Shown in pieces: positions 51,060 through 64,000 of a stretch of DNA of 64,000 nt. Origin of the DNA: Camelus ferus (taxonomy: Eukaryota); assembly GCF_009834535.1 (NCBI RefSeq), contig NC_045696.1, positions 54,996,001 to 55,060,000 of the forward strand, read 5' to 3'. The translations under genes and the position numbers were made by a program. Positions within the stretch are counted from its first letter, which is position 1. Every line of letters starts with the position of its first letter. The notes below the pieces were generated by a model, which was not told where the DNA came from, did no database searches, and was given only the letters and a program-made list of their open reading frames with translations.

Positions 51060-52480
51060 ATTCAAATTATGCCCAGAATGTACCATCGTCAACTCCCAGG
51101 GTGTTACCTATTCAATCTACTTGGCCATGTTAAGTCATCTTTGGGAAAGTCTCAGAAGTGCTGACTCCAGTGATCAGTGGAACAATCCTCTGTTACAAAT
51201 CCCACCAGTCTGCCTAACAAAGAATGAGATCCATTGGTCTGTAACTCTCGGGTCTCCAGGGATCCCTTCTCACTCATGGTTGGGAGTTTCCTCGGCAATC
51301 ACATAGCAGAGAGGCTTCTTTATGGCAGCATGCATATTTATGCCAATGACTCCACAATTTCACCCCTGAGTTCCATTAGCAGCAGAGGGCCTAAGAGATC
51401 TGAGAGATGCTAGGACCACAAAATAGGGAAAGAGAAAACAGATCCTTTACCAAGTGCTGGAGTGTAGGCAAACAACATCGTAAGCCCGATATGCGGTAGG
51501 TCTCAAGTGCATACACTTACAAAGGGCAGACTAAGAGAGATTCTAGAACCCAAAAGGTCAGTGATGGTGCATGCGGGTAGACAGCGTGCTACTAGGAGCC
51601 TGGCTGCTACGGAGGAAACAGGAATGGAAGACACAGCAGAGAAGAAAGCAGGGTCTCTACTGAGATGTCTCAGAGGTTGACCAGCTGCCTTCACGCTCCT
51701 CTCACCTGGGTGTGAACCAGTCTGTACTGAAGCTGGCCAGTGGGAGACACTTGCAAATATCTACCATGCTAGACAGTGAGTTCAAGAGTAGGTGGAGCAA
51801 AGGCATTTTTGTGACAAAAAAAAACTAAGATGGATGATATCAGTCCAAGTTATTTGTCTTCATCTACTTTTTCAATTACATATAGAACAGACATAGCATT
51901 TCCTGGCGTTTGATCTAGTATCTCTGATCTGTCTTTGTTAAGATATAATTTGGGAGTGGAGATTCCTTTAACGTCTTCCTCAGAAAACCCCAAAGCAAAG
52001 AATTCATTTATTCTCCTTGCTCTCTCTCTTCCTTCCCAAGTCCAGCCTTCACAGAACCAATGCCAAGTGCTTGTTTCTCTGGTTTTCTGCATTTGGTGTG
52101 CTTAAAGAAATTATTATTGGCATTAGGGAATCTTGCAGATTTTCCTTGAATTGTTTTTTTGACATGCCTAATGTTTATTATGCCCTTGACCTGACACAAT
52201 TTTGAGGTACCCTGGTCTCATCTTTTAACTGATTTTCCTCTTTCTGCAAAGATAATTTTCCTCATTGTAGGGTTCCTTTTTGAAAACCTGACTTTCAGGC
52301 TTACTGTGATTTATGTGCTTTCAATTGTTTTCCCTTTCATGGTATCCTTAACATCTTATTCTGTCTATTTTCAATCTCTAAATCTCAATTTTATGATGAA
52401 TGTCTTTTTGCTCGCTTATTTTCCTTTCCCCACAAGATCACTGTGTTAAATTTGGTGCTGCTTCTTATTTATCCTTACAG
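51060..52480 (-). mobile_element. Possible ancient LINE 5' portion: ORF1-like segment and start of the APE endonuclease
   Basis: ORF1-like INIRHV...GLGKEERE / ERARR...KLYLN; APE-like W..VIGIK (~51355-51337), YVIAEET (51305-51285), GR.GGIC (51214-51195); frameshifts are required. Confidence 0.35.
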
Positions 52481-53619
52481 ATAAATAAGGTACAAGTTTT
52501 TGTTCCCTAAAAAAGAATCAAGCCGATGGAAAGATTTTCTCTGTGAATTTTAAGATGGCCTGTTGAAGGACGGAGACAGAACTCATCTACATACTTAGCT
52601 TCTACTGAGGATTTCATCCTGGCTTGGCCTCTATTGGGTGGATAGTTGAGATCATTCCACCTAATTTGATTGCCTTTTCTCAGTTTCTCTCTCATAGGAG
52701 GTGCATGGCGTACTGCTTTAACATTTTGTCACTTTGCTGCATGAGGTTTGCTGGTCAAGCCTTACACACACATTGCCTTCTTTTCTGATCCTAGTTAGCA
52801 TCCTACCACTGCCAGATCTTTAATCCTGGAAGAGGAATTAACTGGGCAGTCACTATGTGTCAGCACTGTGTCAGGCCCAAGGACACTCAGCAGTCACAGG
52901 AAAGAGAGAATCCCAGCTCTTACGAAACTAGGAAGTCCTCAAGGCTTTCCACCACTGCCAGAGCAAACCCTTACATTTTCAGAGATGCAGTTTTAGGTCA
53001 CAAAGTAGTTTTATTATTTTAAAATTATCTTTGTCATTTGATGTTGTCTGTTGATTACTTTATCATCTTTACTTTCTTCGAATATGACATTATCTACTGA
53101 ATCTGAGTAGGAGAGGTGGGAGGTGAAGAGGCCTGGTCAATTCTTATGAGAAATTCTTTTGTGCTATACCATGCATTCCACTTAGGTTTTAGTTTAAAAC
53201 AAACAAACAAACAAAAAACTGTCGTGACTTGTGCTTTACAATCTTAATAACAACCCCTAAAGCAGCTTCTCTCCTTAAAAATATCTATGAAACCATGGAA
53301 ATACTAAAACATCAAAGAAAAAAAACTAGGACTGACAGTTAAAAAGTTATCTGGATCTAAAAAACCTCTGTTAACTATCCAGGCTTTATCTCTCTTTATC
53401 TCTAACAGAGCCACCACAGCTACTAAAACAAGAGCACAGTGCACTTCCTTCTCCTCTCACTTCCTTACCTCTGACTCAGAGCACATCAGGCAGTTGACGC
53501 CTCTTTAATGGAATATAATTCTCCTTATCTACCCTATAATGTGAATTTCCTATTTTTACTTTATGACCCTCTGAGAAGACAAATCTATCAAAGTCTTAAT
53601 ACTCTTAGAAGAGCTTACA

Positions 53620-53850
53620 TTTATAGGAGATTATTCTGTGCAAAACATGGTTCTCAGCACTTCACATCTATTATTTCATTGACTCTTCATAACTATTCTA
53701 TGAAGGGTATCATTCTCATTTTACAGATTAAAAAAAAAAAAAAAAACCCAAGGAACAGAGTTTCTTTAACTGTCACAAGATTGTTTACAGAGGAAGAATC
53801 AAGGCCAGGATTTAAATAAGCATTCCAGCTCTAAGTACCGTGGTGTAAAC
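53620..53850 (-). mobile_element. MIR SINE
   Basis: cttacatttataggaga...ttatttcattgactcttcataac...cattttacagat...ggccaggatttaaa. Confidence 0.7.
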
Positions 53851-56214
53851 TACAACCATCCAGGAATTATTTGTCTAGAGGCTCTGGGCCCAAGAGGCTC
53901 ACTGACCCTGTCGCTGAGCATAATTTCTGCCCACATTGTTCAGGAAAGAAAATGTGCTGATGCCATTGTGTAGGATGATGTGTCAGAGTCAAATTTTCAG
54001 GAAAACAGAGTGCATGTATATGAAAACGTTCTTAGAAGGTGGAGAGAATAGAGCTGAGCCTTTTTTTCCAATTGATGTAAATGTCCTCTTTTTTCTTCCT
54101 TTTTCCAAATCAATTTGACATTACCTTCTGGAACCATCCTTCTTATGAGAATCATGGGTGTTTACTTCTATTGCTATTTTAACTTTATTATTCAGTCTAG
54201 GGAAGGTTATTTACCCTATTTAAATCTCAGGTTTTTATTCATATCTCTTCCTAAGTGCTCAAATAATTATAATCTGAATTATTATTTTTGTTAAATATCA
54301 TAGTCATTAATAGTAGTTTTTTTCACATGTCCCTTAACCAAAAGCTCTTTGGGAACATTAGCAGTGGCTTATTCTTCTTTATACCTTCACCGACTAGCAC
54401 TGTAATTGTTACATTGCAGGTGCCCAATACATGTTAAAGGAACATTAAACTTAATGACCAAACTATAAATTTGCTAAAACACATCTCACAGACACAGAGT
54501 TAGCACCAAGGTTGATTGCCCAAAAGATGATATATCTGATGACACAAGCCTTCTTTCCCTTCCACAAAATCTGTGCTCAAGGGGCCACCACATGATAGCA
54601 CCATGCCTTTGAATAGAGAGGCAGGTGAGAAAAATTTGCCCAAAGTTGGCGTGAAAAAGTCATCACATATATTAAGCCTATAATGATTTAAACTGTTTAA
54701 TATTCAATACAGAAAAAAGTTCTTCAGTTTCCATGAAAATTCTGGACTAATTTCTGAGTGCTTCTGGAACCACAGATTATTTAAAGAAAAGCAAAAACAT
54801 GGATACTCAGCACCCCTGAGAAACAAGAATCTGCAGTGCTCATGGTATCTGAGAGGAAAGACTAGACAAGTCAATTAATTTATCTTTTCTCTTCCAGACA
54901 GAAACAATAGCCCAACCCACAAACTTTCACAGCATTATATGTAGTTGTCTTTTGTATTAAGGCAAGAGAAAGATAAGTGTTTTCCTGGAGCCTGGACATT
55001 ATTATCTGTAAGAACAGATGTTCAGGGTAATAGATCATATTGTGGTAGAACTGAGTGTTTGCTAAAGGGAGAGTCACCCATATTGTTTTCAATAAATGTA
55101 TGTTTATGTGTATAATAAGTGTATGTAATATGTGGAACCTTAAAAGAAGCAGGGCCCCAAACAGACATTATTTGCCTTGGTTTATGGATGGTACTGGGTA
55201 CCAGTCCCATCATGGTCCAAATTTCTTGTCACATGAATACATCAGCAGTTTTAGGAAATAAAGTATTAGTCTCCCCAAATAAGGTCTGTCAGAAATAAGC
55301 CAAGACATAATATCAATACTTAACGAGAGAAGAGCTGACATAAGGAATATGATGAAAAGAAAATGGGCGGAGGGAGAAATACTGGGTATAAAATGTATGG
55401 GATGTTGCAAAAGCAGTACTCTAAAGGAAACTGATAGCTACAAATGCCTGCATTTAAAAAAGAAAAAGATCTCAAATCAATAACCTAATCTCCCATTGTA
55501 AGACCCTAGAGAAAGTGTAAATTGAACCTAAAGAAAATGGAAATAATGAAATTGCTAGGACTAGGGAAGACATTAATGAAGTAGAGAATAAAAAATAATA
55601 AAGTCAATAAAAAACAAGAGTAGATTCTTGAAAATATCAACAAAATTGACAAGCCTGTAGCTAAAATTACCAAGATAAAACAGAGATAAGACTCAAATTA
55701 CTAAAATTAGGAATGAAAGAACAGATATAGCTACTGACATTATAGAAATAAGAAGGATAATAAGAGCATACTATAAACAATTGTATACCAACAAACTTAA
55801 AAGAGATGGAAAGTTTTCTAAAAAGATAAAAACTACTGAAACGGACTTAAGAAGAAATGGAAGATATGAATAGATATATAATAAGTAAAGAGACTGATTT
55901 AGTAAGTTTAAAAAATCCCACCAAGGAAAGAACAATTTAGAAGCTTTACAGGTGAAAACTACCAAATATTTTTTAAAAAATTAACACCAATTTTTTACAA
56001 ACTCTTGCAAAAATAGAAGACAAAGGGACAGTTTTCACTTGTTTTGTGAGGTGAGTATTGCCTTTATACCAAAACCAGACAAAGAAATTACAAGAAAAGA
56101 AAATGACAAAATAATATCCTTATGAATATAGATGTAACTTTCTCAACAAAAGACAAGCAAACAGAATCTAACATTTAAACAGAATTATAAACTGATCATA
56201 AATGATTACTATGA

Positions 56215-58530
56215 ATAATTAGCAGAATGAAGAACAAAAACAACACCATAATCTCAACTGATGCAGAAAAAGAATTTCACAAAATTCAACATCCCTTTGT
56301 GATTAAACACTCAATAACCTAGGAGTAGAAGAAAATTACCTCAACACAATAAAGGCAATCCATGAAAAGCCCACAACTAATATCATATTCAATAGTGAAA
56401 AATTGAAACCTTTCCCTTTCATATCAAAAACAAGGCAAGGATGCCCACTCTTGCCATTTCTATTCAACACAGTACTAGAAGTCCTAGGCAGAAAAATCAA
56501 GCAATAGAAAGAGATAAAATGCATCCAAATAGGAAAGAAACAAATACAATTTTTGTTTGCAGATGACATGATCTTACACATAGAAAACCAAAAAAATTCT
56601 ACAAAATACTGCTAGGACCAATAAACAAATTCAGTAAAGTTGCAGGATACAAAGTCAATACCTCAAAATCAGTTGTGCTTCTATACACTAACAATGAACA
56701 ATCCAAAAAAGAAATTAAAAGAACAATTCCATTTACAGTGGTATCAAAAAATAAAATATTTAAGAATAAACTTAATCAAGGACACAAAAGACATACACTG
56801 AAAACTACATAAACAGATGAAAGAAATTAAAGAAGATACAAAAAAAATGGAAAGACATGCAGTACTCATGAGTTGGAAGACTTAATATTGTTAAAATATC
56901 CATCCTACTCAAATTAATCTATAGATTCAATACAATCCCGATCAAAATTCCAACACTTTTTGCAGAAATACAAAAACTCATTCTAAAATTCATATGAACT
57001 GCAAATAGCCAAAATTATCTTGAAAAAGAGAAACAAACTTGGTAGTCTCACAGTTTCTGATTTCAAAACTTACTACAGAGCTACAGTAATCAACAAAACA
57101 GTGTGGTACTGGCATGAAGACAGACATACAGACTAATGGAACACAATAGAGAGCCCAGAAATAAACTCTCTTGCATATGGTCATATGATCTTTGACAAAA
57201 GTGCCAAGGCTTCATAATGGGGAAAAGATACTCTCTTCAACAAATGATACTGAGAAAACAGGGTATCTACATGCCAAAAATGAGTCTGGATCCTTCCCTT
57301 ATATCAAATACAAAAGTTAACTCAAAATGAACAAGGATCTAATTTGCAATGTGAAACTATAAACCTTCTACAATAAAAAATAGGGGGAAAGTGTCCTGAC
57401 ACTTAATTTGGCAATGGTTTCTTGGGTATGATACTGAAAGCACGCACACAAAAAGCAATAGTAGACATGTAGGACTATATCAAACTTAAAAACTTCTGCA
57501 CGGCAAACAACCAACAGAGTGAAAAGGCAACCTATGGAATGGGAGAAAATATTTGCAAACTGTATCTGTAATAAGGGGTTAATATTCAGAGTACACAATA
57601 AAGCCCATAGCTCAACAACAACAAAAAATCCAATTTAAAAATGAGCAAAGGACTTGAATAGGTATTTCTTCAAAGAAGAGACACAAATGGCCAAGAAACA
57701 TATGAAAAGATGCTCAATATCATTAATCATCAAGGAAACATATATCAGAATCAGAATAAAATTTCATTTCACACTTGTTACGATAGGCTCTATCAACAAC
57801 AACCAAAAAAAAAAAAAAAAAAAAAAAAAAAGCCAGAAAATAATAAGCATTGGAAGGATGTGGAGAAACTGCAACTCCTATACACTGTTGGTGGGATTGT
57901 AAAATATTGAGGATATTAGGGAAAACATTATAGAAGTTGCCCAAAAGTTAAGAGTGGAATTAACATATGGTCCAGCAATCCCATTTCTCGGTATATATAA
58001 AAAGAATTGACAACAGAATCTCAAAGAGATGTTTACTCACCACGTTCACTGCAATAATATTCATGATTGCCAAGAGGTAGAACCAACACAAATGGTCATC
58101 AACAGATGAATAGATAAATAAAATATGGTATATACAAACAACAGAATAGTGTCCGGCCTTTAAAAAGCTGGAAATGCTGTCCTGTTACATGCTGCAACAT
58201 GGATGAATATAGAGGACAGTATGCTAAATAAAATAAGCCAGTCACAAGAAAACAATTACTACATGATTTCACTTTTATGAGGTATCTAAATTAGTCAAAC
58301 TCTTAGAAACAGGAAGTAAAATGTGATTGCCAGGGACTGGGAGGAGGAAGCAAAGGAGAATTGTTGTTCAATGGATATAGATGTTCAGTTTTGCAAGATG
58401 AAAAAGTTCTAGAGATCTGTTGGACAACAATGTGTTAACATTACTGGGTACATAACTATATACCTTAAAGATAGTTAACAGTTTTTTGTGGTTTGGGGGG
58501 GGTTGTTGTTTTTTAAGTATCACGATCAAA
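56215..58530 (+). mobile_element. L1MA9/10-like ORF2 3' half with 3' UTR
   Basis: aaggcaaggatgcccactc (RQGCPL); tttgcagatgacatg (FADDM, 56556-56570); 3' UTR cagttttgcaagatgaaaaagttctagagatctg. Confidence 0.9.
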
Positions 58531-59577
58531 CCTGGAGAATAAGTGTCAGAAGAAAATTTTGTAGACCATAATGGAGCATTCTTTTACCCTCAGAAACCAA
58601 ATAGTTGTAAAGAGAAGTCAGGGGAGGTTTATCATCGGAAATGTTTAGAAATGTTTCAGCAGCAGGGATCAAAAGTCAGTGAGATATACCTAATTACAAA
58701 AATAGCTTAAGAGCCCAGGGCTCATGACTTCTATTCCTTTTACGTATTCATTTTGGAAATTCAGCATTACCAGCACTTTAGTTGGGTGGGGATTTGTTTC
58801 TTGGAAAAACACAAACATCAGTGACTCTGAGTCAAAAGGATACAGATAAGGCAGAGTTTAAATGTGAAAAAAGTTGGGGAATACTTTAATTAATTTATTT
58901 CCCTTTTTTATGCATGCACAAAAGTAATGAATAGTAAAACAAGCAAACAAAAAACTAATCAAGCATTGTAACAGATTAAATTATAATTAAGAAAAAATTT
59001 TTAAATATACACTAAAACAAAGTAGAATTTATTCTAGGAATGCAAATTTGGCTTAACAACCCCAAATCAGTCAATGTAGTACACCACATTAACAGAATAA
59101 AGGACAAAAAAATCACATTATCATATCAATAGATTCAGAAAAAGCATTTCACAAAATTCAGTATCCTTTGATGATTAAAAACACTCAACAAACTAGGAGT
59201 ATAAGGAAACATCCTCAATGTGATAAAGAGTATATATGAAAAACCCATTGCTGATAACCAAACGTGATTGTGAAAAAGGAACACTTTCCCTCTATGATCA
59301 GGAATAAGGCAAGGATAGCCATTTTTACCACTTTACTTTTACCACTCTACTTCAGTGGAGGTTCAAACAAGGCCAATTAGGTTAGAAAAATGAATTAAAG
59401 ATATGCAGATTGAAAGAAAAGTAGCAAACCTGTCTTCAAAGATGGCACGATATTGCACACAGAAAACCGTAAGGAACACCCCCCCCCAAGCTATCACAGT
59501 GAATAAATACATTCAATATAGTTGGAGAATATAAGATGAATATACAAAAATCAATTCTCCTTCTATACACTAGTCTT

Positions 59578-60330
59578 TGTAATAAAGAATTTGGCTGGCT
59601 TTGTCCAAGAGGTAAATCCTTGAAATTTCCCCCAGTGATAGAAGACTATCATGTGGTCCCTGATAATTTGTTACTAAAGTGACACAGCAGGGCCCTAAAT
59701 AGTTTAGCTAACAAGATGGCTTAAGATGAGGACTGGCCATGGCAAAAAGAACTAACCATACAACTGGAGAGTTGAGGTTTTGAGTCATTTGATACCAACC
59801 CAACCTCAGGAAACAGGAAGAGATTAGTGATTTATTTCAACCATGGCAAATGGTTCAATCAATCACACCCAGGTAATGAAAGCCCAATAAAAAATTCTGG
59901 ACACCAATCTCAGGTGAGCTTTCCTACTTGGCACTACTCTACATACTGTGACATGTGGATGTGCTGGGAGGTTGACATGTCCTGACTCCATGAGGAGAGC
60001 ACAACAAAGCTTTGCATTTGGGACCCTCCTGGTCCTTGCTCTATATGTCTCTTGTTGGGTTCTGATTTGCATCCTTTGATTATAAGAAAGTTATAATAAG
60101 AAGTATGGCACTTCCCAGAGTTATATGAGTCATTCGAGCAAATTAGCAAACCTGAGGGGGAAGGAGGAATTCTACAATTTGTAGCTAGCTGCTCAAAAGT
60201 GAGGGCAGCCTGGGGACCACTGAACTTGTGGCTGGTGTCTGAAGTGAGAGAAGTCTTAGAGAGGACTGTGCCCTTAACCTGAGAAATCTGGTCCAAACTC
60301 TGAGTAGCTGCTATCAGAAATCACTGGCAT
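59578..60330 (+). mobile_element. MER21C-like LTR inserted in L1 ORF2
   Basis: tgtaataaagaatttggc...ccaataaaaaattctggacacc...gctggtgtctgaagtgag...; L1 sequence is continuous on both sides (ctatacactag | cagcaaagaacaatcc). Confidence 0.85.
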
Positions 60331-63300
60331 CAGCAAAGAACAATCCAAAAATGAAATTAAAAAAAAAATTCCATTCACAAGAACATCAAACATAATCAAA
60401 TACTTCAGAATAAATTCATTGAATGAAATTAAAAATCTAAATAAATGGAAGGAAAGCCCATATTCATGAATGGGAAGATGTAATTCACCTCAAATTGATG
60501 TACAAATTCAATGCAGTCCCTGTCAACATCCAATGAGCTTTTTTTTTTTTTGCAGAAATTGACAAACTGATCCTAAAATTTATATGAAAATGCAAGTGAT
60601 CTAGAATACCTAAAGGCAATTTTGAAAAGAAGAACAGAGTTAAAAGACTCATATATCTCAATAATAAACCTTAATACAAAGCTAAATTAATTAAGACTCA
60701 GTCATACTAACAGAAACCTAGATATACAGATGAATGGGAAAAATATCAGAGTCCAGGAATAAACCCTTACATTTACAGTCAATTTCTTTTAACACTGGTG
60801 CAAAGACAAAAAAATGGAAACCAGCACTACAAATGGTACTGGGACATCCTGACATGCACATGCAAAAGAGTAGTACTGGACTCCTACCATACACAATATA
60901 TAAAACTTAACTCAAAAGAGGTAACAGACACAAATGTAAGAACTAAAACTATTAAGATCTTAGGAAAAAAGATAGTAAGTTTTGTGACCTTGGGTTGACA
61001 ACTGTTTCTTAGATAAAATACCAAAAACACAAGCAACAAAAGAAGAGACAGCACACAGAATGTTAAGTGATTGGTATTCAGAAAATATATTGCGAACTCT
61101 TACAAGTCAATGATAAGGCGACAATACAAGTCACAAACAGGGTCAAGCACTGAATAAACATTTCCCCCAAATAAGATATATAAATGGCCAATTAGCACAT
61201 GAGAAGATGCTCAATATCATTAGTATTTAGGGAAGTCCAAGTGAAAACAGCAAGATATCACACACTCTACGGTAACTAAAATAAAAAATACAGACAATAA
61301 CAAGTGATGGTAAGAATAAATTAAACACTTTACAATGCAAGTAGGAAAGTAAAATGGTACAGCTGCTTTGGAAAACAATTTGGAAATTCCTCAAAAAGTT
61401 ACCATGTAAGTTACCATATGACCCAGCAAGTATATTCCTAGTTATGTAGTGAACAGAAATAAAAACATACATTCACAAGAAAACCTTGTGTTAAGATTAT
61501 AACTTATAATAATCAAAAAGTGTATTCAACTTAAATGTCCATTAACTGGCTATTGGGTGAACAAAACATGGTTTCTCTATACAATGAAATATTATTTGGC
61601 AATAAAGAAGAATGAAGTAAGGATTCATGCTACAGCACAGATGAACCTTGAAAACATTATACTAAATGAAAAAAGTGAATTACAAAGACCACATGTTGTA
61701 TACAAACATATGAAAAGGACAGAACAGGCAAACTTACAGTGAGAATAAATTAATGGTTTCTACAGAATAGAGAGAAGGAGAATTGGGGAGTGACTGTTAA
61801 TGGATATGGGGTTTCTTTTTGGAATGATGAAAATATCCCAAAACATTTTCTTAGAACATCTAGTCAGGAGTGATGATTGCATAACTCTGTGAATATACTA
61901 AAACCAAACTGTATATTATAAAAGGGTAAATTTTAAAGTTTGTGAAGAATATCCTAATAAAACTATTATATAAAAACTGCATTATTAAATAAAAGAGTAG
62001 TTAGAAGAGGCCCCACATAGGGAGAAAAAAATACCATTTTTTAAAAGGTAAGAAATAAAGGTGAATTTGGAACTGAATGTCACTGGTTCTTATTTTTCAT
62101 TCATAATTTAAGATGTGAAGAAAAAAATCTCGTGTGAATATTTAATATATAAGTTGTGAGAAAAATGAAAGGAGACTGGAATTTTGGAGAGTTATTTCAG
62201 GTTTTCTGTCTGTTCCAAATACATAGCCTTTGTCTCCTTAAAGTTTCATGGGAGTTTATTATTAATAACCTCTTCTTTCTGAAATTAAAACCATGTTAGA
62301 AAATACAGAATAAGATTCCAGCATTGATCACAGTGGATTGGTTTATCATTAATATATACTTTGAGTTGGAATTTAGTAAAAAAAAAAAAACCTCACTTTC
62401 CTATCTCATAACTTAACAAATAAATGTTTGTGGTGTTCTGTGATTTAAAAATGAAAAAGCCATGTCTCAGTAGATTAGTTTGAAAGAACCCTGCTCTCTT
62501 CCTTCCCAGTACTGGCCAGCAACTGCCCATAAGTTTGAGACATCTAAAAATGTGAGGCTGAAGGAAGTCAAAAAGGATGAAGGTGGAGAAAAATAATGAT
62601 TTTTACTTTCTATTTTCTCCAATCATCTTATCTATCATTTTCAACTTGACTTTCCTTAGAATTCCCAGCTCTGGGTTGGTACAATTCAGAAGGAAGCTAC
62701 AATGTTAATTATTTTACATACATAAAACAAAAGTGAGTAAGTAAATATTTTCCGTAAAATGGAAGGTATTCCATATAAGTTGCAGTCTGAGGAAGTATAA
62801 AAAGTGAAGCCACAATTCCCCCAAAATTACTGGTTTAAATGTTTTCCAAACACTGGCAGGTAAGGAATTAGGAGGCAAATAGTGATAATTACAATTGACT
62901 GTCTGACTTTGAGCTTAGTTACTATCTTCCTCGCAAAAGTAAATTAGTCACAGTTATGGTGTCTTTGAGTTTAAATCTTTCTCACAGAAGTAAGTGCTTG
63001 CTGGAAAACCAATACATAGAGGCAGGACAAGAGGAAAATGATGATAATGAAATAAATAACAAACAAGTAACAGTAAGTCAAATCAACTGCCACTTTGCTC
63101 CAACCTCCTATGAAAAAAAGTCTTAGTGTCTTTTATGTTTGTAGATTTCACAATCTTTATCTTAACAGTAACATGCTATTATCTTTTCAGTAAAAAAAAA
63201 AAAAAAAAAAAAAGATTTTTAAGTGGTAGGGAAAATGCAATTTGGCAGACAAAGGAAAAACCAGAGGAAAATATCAGACCATTCCCGAACTTTCCACACT

Positions 63301-63479
63301 CTTGTAAATAATCAGTTCCTTATTAGTTGCCTGTGGGAATTCTGTATCTTTCACAGAGAAGATGATACTAATGTACTATGCACGGACTTTTTTTTTGTAT
63401 CTATATTGTTTTATATTTACAGGACTAATCAAGCTATTGTGTCAAATCCACATTGGTGATAAAGTTCATATGGCAAAAC

Positions 63480-64000
63480 AAATATGCAAGAATACAAAAC
63501 ACCAAATAGGAAAGCTACAAGGGTTGACCTGCCCTATCAGATATTTAAGAAATACTATAAAATCTGTTCAATCAAAACAACATGTTTCTGATGCATGAAT
63601 AAACAGATAGACCAGTGAAATAGTATAAAAAGCTCAGAAATAGACCCAAGGACATATGAAAAATTAGGATGTCATACAGGTAGCATTCACAAACCACTGG
63701 GACAAAAATAGATCATTTAATAAATTGTTCTGGAACAAATGGTTAGCTATTTGGAAGAAGACAAAATTACATCATACTTTACACCATACATTAAAATAAA
63801 TTCCAATTAGACCAGGGGCCTACATGAAATAAATTAAACCACAGACATACTAAAAGAAATCATAGCTGAATTCCTCTGCATAGGTAAAGACATCCTAATC
63901 AGGATTCAAAATCCAGAGACAATTTTAAAAAAGATAAACTTAACTACATAAAAAATTTTAAATTTGAAGGATAAAATATCAAATATCATAAGCAAAATCA
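63480..64000 (+). mobile_element. Old L1 ORF2 fragment running off the window
   Basis: aaacagatagaccagtgaaatag...ccagaaatagacc-like; tttaataaattgttctggaacaaatggttagctatttgg. Confidence 0.75.

Larger units (their letters stand above)
55240..61980 (+). mobile_element. L1MB-like ORF2 and 3' UTR, interrupted at ~56190-59004 and by an LTR
   Basis: ORF2 breaks at ...aaacagaattata (56189) and resumes atatacactaaaacaaagtagaatttattctaggaatgcaa (59005); 3' UTR gagtgactgttaatggatatggggtttctttttggaatgatgaaaat. Confidence 0.75.

Noticed and set aside
52464..52489. Perfect 10-bp hairpin CTTATTTATC / GATAAATAAG
   Set aside because: Short and AT-rich; plausible by chance in 64 kb.
54880..55100. Plus-strand terminal exon (tcttttctcttccag ... 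AATAAA at 55091)
   Set aside because: No upstream exon or coding signal supports it; both motifs are common in AT-rich DNA.
1..64000. Remaining 60-130 aa ORFs as host genes
   Set aside because: They fall in repeats or low-complexity DNA, many start at non-ATG codons, and none resembles a cellular protein I recognise. Small real exons could still have been missed.

Overview
AT-rich mammalian genomic DNA, roughly half L1 by eye, with no intact protein-coding gene, RNA gene or CRISPR array that I can support. A tRNA-Ala-derived SINE (22302-22455) resembling the camelid Vic-1 family points to a camel, alpaca or llama genome; I saw no Alu, B1, Bov-tA, PRE or Can-SINE. The only gene-derived feature is a full-length processed YBX1 retrocopy (3605-5137, minus strand, poly(A), 14-bp TSD). 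The rest is nested L1, L2, L3/CR1, MIR, MaLR/ERVL solo LTRs and hAT MITEs. Most notable: (1) the YBX1 copy lost its ATG, gained a strong-Kozak ATG and frameshifts at codon 219, so it could encode a mimic of proteasome-truncated YB-1(1-219); (2) an unexplained 65/72-bp inverted repeat at 32251-32730; (3) colinear fossils of an ancient non-L1 LINE (RTE-X/L4-like) spread over about 31 kb; (4) a compact blood-type TF motif cluster at 36033-36124; (5) a twin-primed L1 and a candidate L1 3' transduction. Repeat subfamily names come from remembered consensus sequences and boundaries are approximate unless a TSD is given. None of this shows a new biological system; these are testable leads.
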